Virus record (IMG/VR): IMGVR_UViG_3300043389_000001
Location: 110,656-137,972 of that record
DNA from: a virus
Strand: one strand, 5' to 3'
Length of the DNA: 27,317 bases
The position numbers and the translations under genes were made by a program. Every line of letters starts with the position of its first letter. The stretch's first letter is position 1. This document shows, in pieces, positions 8,190-17,000 of this stretch. The notes under the pieces were generated by a model. The model ran no database searches. It was not told where the DNA came from and worked only from the letters and a program-made list of their open reading frames with translations.

Positions 8190-9737
8190 TTGGCCATCAA
8201 GGGCGGTGACCTGATCCACACCGGCAATCTGGTCCTCATCGACCGAGCGCAGACGGCCGGGCCGGGTCAGCTCAACCAGAACTCCGAAAAGATCTATGAG
8301 CTGGGCAATTACTACAGCCTCGCCACGGTCTATGACACCCCCGACCTCACGTTCAACCTCGAAAGCTTCGACGTCAGCGCCGAGTTCGAGGCACTGCTGC
8401 TGAACAAGCGTTTCTCAGTCCCGCTGGGTACGCAGACCGCCACTGTCGTGGGCAACCCGACCGGCGGAACGTTCACGCTGACCTACGGCGGTCAGACCAC
8501 GGCCGACCTGCCGTACAACGCCAGCGCTGCGGACGTGCAGACCGCGCTGGAGGCCTTCTCGACCCTGGCTCCCGGCGACGTCATCGTCACCGCGACCAAG
8601 GCCGGCGGCCCCTACACGGTCACCTTCTCGGCCGCGTACCTGACTGGGACGACCGCGACCGCGCTGACCGCCTCGGGCGCCAGCCTCACTGGCGGCACCA
8701 CCCCGGGCATCACTGTGGCCACCTTCGACGGCATCGCGATGCCCGACGGGACCGCGCTGAACCCGGCCGCCGCCGTACCGATGGACGTGGCCTCGGCGTT
8801 CAAGCCGGGCCTGAAGGACGCCAACCCGTACAACGCGGTCGGCGCTGCCGGTATCCCCTACCTGCAGCTCGAAAGCCTCTCGTACCGGTTCGGTGTCACC
8901 GACAACGCCCAGCAGACCGCCGGGCTGCGCGGTGACTCGATCTTCTACGTCCCGTCCTCGATCGTCGTGCAGACCGCAGCCGGCACCAACACCGCCGGGC
9001 AGACCGTGGTGGGTACCCACCCGGCCGTGGTCTACAAGGGCGACACCACCGCCGGTGACCGGTACGCCCTTTCGGTGTCGCTGGCCTCGGGCAAGCGACT
9101 GGTGCTGGGCCCGGACTACACCGAGTCGGTCACCGGAACCACGCTGACGGTCACGGTCACGGCTGCTGTCCCGACCACGGACACCGTCCGGATCATGTAC
9201 GCCAGCTCCGACATCGCGCAGTTCCCGCAGGTCGTGCACGCCCCGGTGTCCCCGGTGCGACCGGCCGCCATCCGGGGCCGCAACGTCGTGGCGTTCATCG
9301 GCGGCACCTCGCTGTCGGACAAGTGGTCCTCGGTGCAGTCGGTGAACATCGACTGGCGCGTGTCGCTGGAGAAGGACGAGGAACTGGGTAACCCCCAGGC
9401 GGTCGATCTGGACTTCGACACGCCCGAGGTGTCCGGCTCTATCGACCTGAAGCCGCGTAACTACTCCGAGCTGTACGCCAAGATCTGCAAGACCGCTGGC
9501 GTCACCCCGGGGGAGGTGGTCGGCGCGCTGACCACCGCACCGCTGCCACTGCTGGTGAAGCTGTACTCCCCTGATACTCCCGGACTGGTGCTCAAGAGCA
9601 TCTATGTCCCCGACGCCCGATTCACCCTTCCCGGGTACTCGGGCCAGGCCGGTCAGAACCAGAAGCTGACCGTCACCTTCAACTGGACCTCCGACAAGGG
9701 CGAAATGATCGTCTACAAGGGCGACTTCCCCGGCTGA
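8190..9737 (+). CDS. Major tail (tube) protein with inserted Ig-like domains, 515 aa
   Basis: GAAGGGTG precedes a TTG start (MAIKGG). Tube-like motifs KIYELGN and DEELGN....D.D.PEVSGSIDLK. Insert GTFTLTYGGQTTA.LPYNASAADVQTALEA. Lies before the terminator, chaperone and tape measure. Confidence 0.85.
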   Translation: MAIKGGDLIHTGNLVLIDRAQTAGPGQLNQNSEKIYELGNYYSLATVYDTPDLTFNLESFDVSAEFEALLLNKRFSVPLGTQTATVVGNPTGGTFTLTYGGQTTADLPYNASAADVQTALEAFSTLAPGDVIVTATKAGGPYTVTFSAAYLTGTTATALTASGASLTGGTTPGITVATFDGIAMPDGTALNPAAAVPMDVASAFKPGLKDANPYNAVGAAGIPYLQLESLSYRFGVTDNAQQTAGLRGDSIFYVPSSIVVQTAAGTNTAGQTVVGTHPAVVYKGDTTAGDRYALSVSLASGKRLVLGPDYTESVTGTTLTVTVTAAVPTTDTVRIMYASSDIAQFPQVVHAPVSPVRPAAIRGRNVVAFIGGTSLSDKWSSVQSVNIDWRVSLEKDEELGNPQAVDLDFDTPEVSGSIDLKPRNYSELYAKICKTAGVTPGEVVGALTTAPLPLLVKLYSPDTPGLVLKSIYVPDARFTLPGYSGQAGQNQKLTVTFNWTSDKGEMIVYKGDFPG

Positions 9738-9788
9738 TCCATGCTGATGCGCTAACCTCGGACACGACCACGGATGGTCGCCCCCGAA

Positions 9789-9838
9789 GAAAGACCCCGC
9801 TGCCTGCGGTGCATGACGGCAGCGGGGTCTTTCGTTTT
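9789..9838 (+). terminator. Intrinsic terminator after the major tail gene
   Basis: Perfect 16-bp stem GAAAGACCCCGCTGCC (9789-9804) / GGCAGCGGGGTCTTTC (9818-9833), 13-nt loop, then GTTTT. Confidence 0.88.
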
Positions 9839-9910
9839 GCCCGCGCCTGCGCCGACGCCTCAATCGGAACTGGACTGGACTGGCACCACGGAACCGATTG
9901 AGGCACACCC

Positions 9911-10756
9911 ATGAGCAACCGCTTCGCGCGGCTCACCCAGCTCTTCGTGGTCGGCAAGGCCGTCGAGCTACCCGGCAACGACTACCTGTGGGTCCAGGCG
10001 CTGAACACCTACCAGCGCCAAGAAGCCATGACCGACGCCCGCGTGGCCCGCGCCCGCATCATCACCGCCCTCAAAAGCGACGGCGCCCAACGCGAAGTCA
10101 TCATCGGCCGCTACCACGAATACGGGCGCGAGGCGATGATCGAGGAGCTGTGCCGCGAGCGCTCGGTCAAGAAGATCGGCGAGTACATCTCGGACATGCG
10201 CGCCGATCCGGACTGGAAAGAGCGCATGGAGATCGTCCTTCGCACTGACGAGAAGGACACCGCCGTGCCCCTGACGGTGGAGGAGCAGGAGTACATCGCC
10301 ACCGTCAACGCTGAGATCCTCGCCGAGATGAACAAGCGCGAGCAGGACGAATTCGAGTACCTGCAGCAGAAGTTCGCCGACCTCGACGAAGACGAAGTGA
10401 TCGACGAGTACTGCGGGGAATGGTTCGACGGGCGCGGCAGCGACCTGGCGCAGGCCGAGTACAAGCTGACCGAGCTGTGGTACGCCACCCGCTGGTGCGA
10501 CGCCACCCCACCGGCCAGCCCTGACGAGGAACTGGACCACTCACGCTGTAACGGCCACGAGGTCAAGGTCTTCGAGAACCGGCCCGACGTGAAGACCGCC
10601 CCCGAGCACCTGATCGCTCTGATTACTGCAGCGCTTGCCGACATCAATGAGGTAGGGGCTGACAGCAAGGACCCAAAAGACTTGGCCAGACGCCCGGCTT
10701 CATCCAGCTCGCCATCAACGCCAAACGAGCCGGCGGAGTCGCAGCCCTCTACGTAG
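9911..10756 (+). CDS. Tail assembly chaperone (gpG-like), 281 aa
   Basis: Acidic helical protein between the major tail and tape measure genes, with an in-frame slippery heptamer near its 3' end. Confidence 0.85.
   Translation: MSNRFARLTQLFVVGKAVELPGNDYLWVQALNTYQRQEAMTDARVARARIITALKSDGAQREVIIGRYHEYGREAMIEELCRERSVKKIGEYISDMRADPDWKERMEIVLRTDEKDTAVPLTVEEQEYIATVNAEILAEMNKREQDEFEYLQQKFADLDEDEVIDEYCGEWFDGRGSDLAQAEYKLTELWYATRWCDATPPASPDEELDHSRCNGHEVKVFENRPDVKTAPEHLIALITAALADINEVGADSKDPKDLARRPASSSSPSTPNEPAESQPST
10672..10678 (+). other. Programmed -1 ribosomal frameshift site C CCA AAA
   Basis: X XXY YYZ heptamer in the correct phase (CCA at 10673). The -1 frame has a TGA at 10660 and is then open to 11001. 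Confidence 0.88.
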
Positions 10757-11001
10757 ACGGCACGGCGGCAGCAACACCCTGGTACCTGATGGAAGCCATC
10801 GCCCACGCGATGACCGTGCTGGACTGGCACGAACTTCCCAAGGGCGACAGGCCACGCGAAGAGATCTGGCTGGACGACGAGGCCATCAGCGCACACTTCG
10901 AGATGCTCGCGGAGCAGCGTGAGGCCCAATCACGCGGGGAAGAACTGATCCCCGACGAGGACATGGCACAGAACGAGCTGACAGCGCAGTTCAAGCGCTG
11001 A
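10678..11001 (+). CDS. Frameshift extension of the tail assembly chaperone (gpGT-like fusion 9911-11001, ~363 aa)
   Basis: The -1 frame reads RLGQTPGFIQLAINAKRAGG...PWYLMEAIAHAM... and includes track ORF 10789..11001. Confidence 0.85.
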   Translation, partial: RLGQTPGFIQLAINAKRAGGVAALYVDGTAAATPWYLMEAIAHAMTVLDWHELPKGDRPREEIWLDDEAISAHFEMLAEQREAQSRGEELIPDEDMAQNELTAQFKR

Positions 11002-11023
11002 TCACAGGGGCGGGAACACCGGA

Positions 11024-14000
11024 ATGGCCGACGAGGCACTCGTCAGTTTCAGAACCGACATCGGCGAGACCGTCACTCAGGTCCGCAGCGGCCTGCGCGA
11101 GATCCTCGCCGAGGAGTCGGCGTTCAGCGCCAAGTTCGGCAATCTCAACAGCGCCGGTCTCACTCGCGCGCTGGGTGAGATCGACACCGCGCTGGAGCGC
11201 ACCGGCGCCGAACTGCAGAAGCTGGCCGCCCTCGACAAGAAGGCGCTGGGCAACTCCAACTACGTCACCGCCGCCACCACGCAGCTACGCCAGCTCTCCA
11301 CCGAGATCGGCCGCATCTCCGGCTCTAACGGCCTGACCATCGAAGTCGGCGTCGAACTGCGCCGGCAGGCCATCTCCCAGCTCAACTCCAAGCTCAACGC
11401 CGACCTCAAGCAGCTCAGCAACCGCGCCGAAAGCGGCCTGACCCCGCTCAAGGCCGAGCGGCTGGGCAACGTCACCAAGGGCATCACCACCTCTCGGCGC
11501 GACGTCGAGCGCGGCTTCAGCATCGGTCAGGCCAACCCGGTCGACTTCAAAGAAGCCCAGCGCGACGCCGACCAGCTCAGCGCCGCCCTCGACGCCGCCG
11601 CCGGCCAGGCCGAGCGCGCCGAGGACAACCTTGCCGTCGTCAACAAGGCCACCTCCAACGCCGCCCGCTCGGCCGGGGAGTTCGCCTCCTCCATGGCCAA
11701 GGCGGCAGCTAACGCCGCCAGCCTCGATCAGACCGTCAAGGACCAGCAGAACAAGACCGGCGCCAAGCCTGCCGTGCCCGCTGCCGGTGGCGGCCGGCAG
11801 CGCGGAGGCGGCAACGGCGACGACGGCTTCCGCATCCTCAACCCGCCCGGCGATGCCGGCGACGGTGAGGGCAAGAAGCGCTCCAAGTACGGCGAGCCCG
11901 TTGACCTGCAGGCCGAAGAAGACGCCTTCGCGCAGGCCGTCGATGAGGCGATCTTCAAGATCACCTACGGGCTGGACAAGACCGGCGCCACCTTTGCCGC
12001 CAAGGCCGCCGAGGTGCGCCGGATCGCGGCGATCATCGAAGCCAACTACAACAGCCTCGGTCTGGCCTTGGACGGCATCGACGCCAAGGCCATCCAGGAA
12101 GCGTTCCTGCGCGGGGACACCCCCGGCCGCGACGGTCGCCCCACCATCCGCACCGGCGACTACGCCCCCGGCGTCAACGAGTTCGGCCCCAACAACGGCC
12201 GGCTCTCGGACACCCGCTTCAACGAGAACCGTCCCAACGAGTACACCAAGACCGAGCGCGGCGCCGAGCGCTACATCCCCGACGCCACCGCCGGCCGCCG
12301 TTCGCAGGAAGCCCTCGGCGAAGACCTCGCCCGCGAGCTGACGCTGGCGCTGGCCAACGACCGGCGCGGCACCAAGGATCTGGTCGACCAGCGGGGCGGC
12401 ACCTCGGTCCTGAAGGGTCAGAGCGGCGAGTACCGCGCCTTCAACACCCGCACCGGTGAAGCCCTCACTGGCGAGCAGGCCGTGCGCTCGCTGGACGCCT
12501 TCACCAACGCCACGCGTGAGTCCACCGAGAAGCTCAACAACCTGCGGCTGCTGACGGCCGGTCTGACCGAGGAGCAGGCGCGCGCCGGCAACCGGTTCAA
12601 CCCCGACACCACCGTGGCTGTCGGGCGCAACCAGGTGGGTTTCCAGGACCCGATCACCAAGAACACGCGTGGTTTCGAGATCGGGCGCGACAAGCTGCCC
12701 ACCGAGATCTTCGGTGAGGAGTTGGATGCGTTCCTCGCCGGCTTCAACCGCGCCGTCAACAAGGTCAACGACGTCCGCGACGCCGAGGCCAACCGCGCGT
12801 TCCTGCGTCAGGGTCGCGAGCCGGGTGGGGAGTTCGGCCCGCAGGTCACCACGGTCACCACGACCAACGGCCGGGCCGCCGTGGCCACCGACCCTCAGGG
12901 GGTCCTGCGAGCCTACAACGCCAAGACCGGCGAGAACCTCAACGTCGAGCAGACCCAGGACGCGCTGAACGCGTTCGCCGGTGCCCTGCTGAAGACGGCC
13001 AAGACCGCCGATGCGCTGAAGCTGCTGACCGACGGCCGGCGCGAGGGCGAGCGGTTCAACGACCGCACCGTGGAGATCCCCGGCAACCGGGCGATCAACT
13101 CCACCGGCGGCACCTTCAGCGCCTTCGACGTGCGCAAGCCAAACGAACCGGTCCAACTGCAGGGCGAAGAACTGCAGAAGGCCGTCGTCGACTACACCGA
13201 GTTCTTCGACAAGCGCGCCGCCGAACAACGCAGCCTCGACGACACCGAACGCCTGCGACGTGGCGCCGGACCTGATCAGCGGTTCAACCCTGCCGTGGTC
13301 GAGGTCAACAAGAGCCTCATCGCCGAATTCGATGCCAGCCTGACCAACGCCACCCGCTATTACAAGCTCGACGCCGATGGCATCGCCACCGAGATCGTCA
13401 CCCGCGATGAGCTGGTGCGCGCCCAGCGCACCCTGGCCCAGGCCCAGTTGGCCGAGGCCGAGCGCTCTTTCAAGGAAGGGCAGGAGCGCAACAAGCTCAA
13501 CAACCGCCAAGACCTGATCGAGGGCGCCGACCCGACCAAGAACGGTGGCTTCGCCGAAGGCGTGGTCCCGCTGACCGGCGGGTACGTGGCGGACCTGCGT
13601 AACGGCGTGCAGGACTTCTACAAGAAGTCCGGCGACGGCTTCGTGAAGCTGGGCGAGATCTCCGCCGAGCGTCAGACCGCTCTGGGCAAACTGCTGCAGA
13701 AGCAGGCCGCCGACCTCGCCAGCGATGAAGCGACCAAGAACGCCCGGCGCCTGTACGACGCGAACAACAAGGGCACCGGGCTGGTCGAGAACGCCAAGCG
13801 ATACGCCGGCCAGGACGTCACCATCCTTGAGGACGGTGTCCGCCAGTTCTACAAGAAGGTCGCCGACGGGCTGCGACGCGTCGAACCGGGCACTGTCGAG
13901 TACGAGCAGGAGTCGGTCAAGTACAACCGTGGTGGTGGTTCCGGGCGCGGCATCGGCGGCGGCTTCGTCCATGGCCTGACCAGCGGTGGTTTCGGCGGCT

Positions 14001-17000
14001 CGCGCGATGAGGGTTTCCTCGAAGGAATCGGCACCGCCGCCGGCACGACCCTGAAGTACTCGGCCCTGTACGGCGTACTGAACATCCTGCAGGGGGTCCT
14101 GTCTCAGGCCGGGCAGGAGATGGTGAACTTCGCCGACTCCAACACCGACCTGCAGATCGCACTGGAGAACGCGACCGGGGCGACGCAGGAGGCCAACGAG
14201 GCGGACAAGGAGTGGCTGCAGACACTGGAGAAGATCTCCATCCAAGCTGGCTCCAACGTCGGTGACGTCCAGGACGTGGTGGCAGCCGGTATCCGCACCA
14301 TCGGCATCAACGCTGAGCTGTCCACCGAGCAGGTCAAGGTTCTGGGCACCGAATTCGCCCGCCAGGCCCAGATCATGGCGGTGCTGGCCAAGACCGACAT
14401 CACCGACGCGGCCGGCAACCTGCGGGCCATCGGCAACTCGTTCAACATTCCGCTGCAGTCCAGCGCCCGCGTCAACGACGCGTTCGTGGTCGGCAAGAAC
14501 GTCGGTGGCGGCGACGAGGCCGAGACCGCTCAGGCGGTTGCCTCGGCGGGTGAGTCCCTGAAGTCGGCCGGTTTCACTATCGAGCAGGCGTTCGCGCTGG
14601 CCTCGCGCATTCAGGCTGCCACCGACCAGACCGGTGCGGCGGTCGGTAACAAGCTCTCGCGCATCGTGTCGATCGTGTCCGGCACAGCCGGGCAGAAGGC
14701 CATCCTTGAGGCCAACAGTCAGCTCCCGCAGGACGCCAAGGTCGACATCTCGGCCGCGCCCGAGGAACAGTTGCTGGCGCTGTCCAAGGCGTACAACGCC
14801 GGTCAGCTCGGGCAGGGCACGATCAAGAGCCTGACCAACTCCCTCGGTGGAACTTCCTCCGCCAAGGAACTGATCACCATTCTGGAGCAGTATGCCCAAG
14901 TAGCGGGCGAGGTCGCCGAAAACACTGACATTGCAGGCAAGGCCAACGAGGAGTACGAGAAGCGCCTTGAAGACCTGAGCCAGAAGGTCCGTGAATTCAA
15001 GGGTGCGTTCTCGGCCATCGTCGTCAATCTGACCCAGTCCGGCCTGCTGGACCCGCTACTGGCTGGCTTTGGCGCGCTCGTCGAAGTTCTGAAGTTCGTG
15101 GCTGCTGCTGGCGCAGCGGTCAATACGTTCGTGGACGGCTTGGGCGTCATCGGTGAGGTCGCTCCCGGCATCGTCATCACCACCGTGGCCATCCTGGCCT
15201 TGGGCAAGGCCATCAGAGGTCTGGAGACCTTGGGTGGCGGCAGCTTGGCCAAGGGCATCACGACCGCTGCGCTCAAGGTCGAGGAGCAGGTCCGCCCCCG
15301 CGTGGCGGAGGCCCGCGCGGAGAACGCCTCCCGTAAGACCTCGGCTGCCGACGGTGCACTGGCCGGTGCCGCCAGCACTGCTGGGACCACGACCACGGCG
15401 GCTACCGGCGCCTCCCGTGCCGCGACGGCGGCTGGCGCTCAGGTGGCCACCACGGTCACTCGTTCGGCCACCGCAGCCGCCGCCGGAGCTGCTGCAGCCG
15501 GAACCGGGGCGGCAGTCGCCAGCGCGGCCACGATGAAGGCGGCCATTGCCACTGCAGCCGCCACTGCCGCGACCACCTCGGCCGGGACGACTGCAGCTAC
15601 GGCCACGGCCGCTGCTGCCACCGTTCGGGCGCAGATCGCGGCGGCAGCAGCACAAGCCGCTGCCGCCACAGCCGCAGCGGGGGCCGCAGGAGGCGCAGCA
15701 AGGCTCGCTGAGGGCCGCGCCCGGCCCATCGTGCCCGCAGTTGAAGGAGCCGCTGCAGGGGCCGCTGGCGCCGCCGCGAAGGCTGGGCGACTGGCGGGCG
15801 TCGGCGCTGCCGCCCGCACGGCCGGAAGCGTTGCCCTAGGGGCAGCCGGTGGGCCCATCGGTCTGGCCATCACCGGCGGCATCCTGGGCCTGACGGCACT
15901 GGCCGGGCTGAAGTCCAAGTCCGACGAGCTGGGCGCGGCGATGGAGGACGCCACTACCGCCGCTGATGCCCTCAGTGATCTGGACATCAGCCCGGAGTCC
16001 ACCAGCGCCGAGATCGTGGACGCGTTCAAGAACCAGGCATCGGCTCTGCAGGCTCAGATCGACCAGCTCGACGCGGCTAGCAGCGGGTTGACCGCCGGGT
16101 TCGTGAACATCTTCACCGGTAAGGCCGACGACGCCAAGGAGCAGATTAAGGCTCTGCAGGCGCAGGAGACCTACGCCGAGCAGCAGGCCAAGAAGTTCAC
16201 CGAGTTCTCCACCGACATCTCCTCAGGTTTGTCGGAGCTGTCGGTGTTCGGTGACCCCACCAGCATCACCGTGGACAGCCTCAACCAGGGCCTGTCGACC
16301 CTGTCGGAGCAGGCGTACTCCTCGGCCGACCGGGTGCGACTGCTCTCGGAGTTCCTCGGCCTCATCCCCGGGGTGAAGGGCAGCACCCCGGTCAGCGACG
16401 CCGACCGCACCAAGATCGCCGCGACCAACACCGCCAGCTTGGTCACCAACGCCCCTGACACGATCGAGGCCACCCGCACCACCAAGCCGCAGTTCTTCTC
16501 CAGCTCCCCCTACCTGCCGGGCACCATCAACGTGCCCACCGCTCCCTACAAGGCGCAGGTGGACAACAGCCAGTACAAGAAGTTCCTGCAGGACAACTCC
16601 TCCAGCCTCAACAGCGCCTACAAGGACGCCCTGCCCGACGTGGCCGAAGGAGCCAACGGCGCCTACTCCACCGAGCAGATCGCCACCATCGCCAAGACCG
16701 TCGCCGCTCAGGCCAAGGCCGACTGGACGAAGGTCTACAACAACCTGTCCCCGGCGCAGAAGGCACTGCCGGAACTGCAGCCGGACGCCATCGCCAAGCA
16801 GGTACAGGACGGCATCACCGCGCAGCTCACTCCGGCCAAGGTTGATACCACCAGTGCCGCTGCGATTCTGGCCGCCATCACCGGTTTGAAGACGGTGTAC
16901 GAGTCGCAGATCGCCACCGCGACCACGTACGCGGAGAAGTCCAAGCTGATGGACCAGGAGCTGGCGGCCATCGACGCGGAGATCGCCAAGTTCACCGGCG

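Noticed and set aside
8190-9737. Contractile tail sheath (suggested by the ~500-aa size)
   Set aside because: No separate tube gene follows and no baseplate wedge or J-like genes are present. It is followed directly by the chaperone and tape measure, as in siphoviruses.
9720-9760. Frameshift or read-through extension of the major tail protein at TTC CCC GGC TGA
   Set aside because: Read-through meets a TAA within five codons and a strong terminator follows, leaving no room for an added domain.
9765-9885. 6-bp hairpin CGACCA/TGGTCG and an ACTGG x3 microrepeat
   Set aside because: Too short to distinguish from chance at this GC content.
10789-11001. Stand-alone 70-aa gene
   Set aside because: No clear RBS, and better explained as the tail of the -1 frameshift product.
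11285-14899. 1204-aa minus-strand ORF, and similar long antisense ORFs at 16223-18313, 18867-20405 and 8415-9908
   Set aside because: Shadow ORFs opposite strongly GC3-biased genes. Their V/G/L/D-rich composition is the expected mirror of the sense codons.
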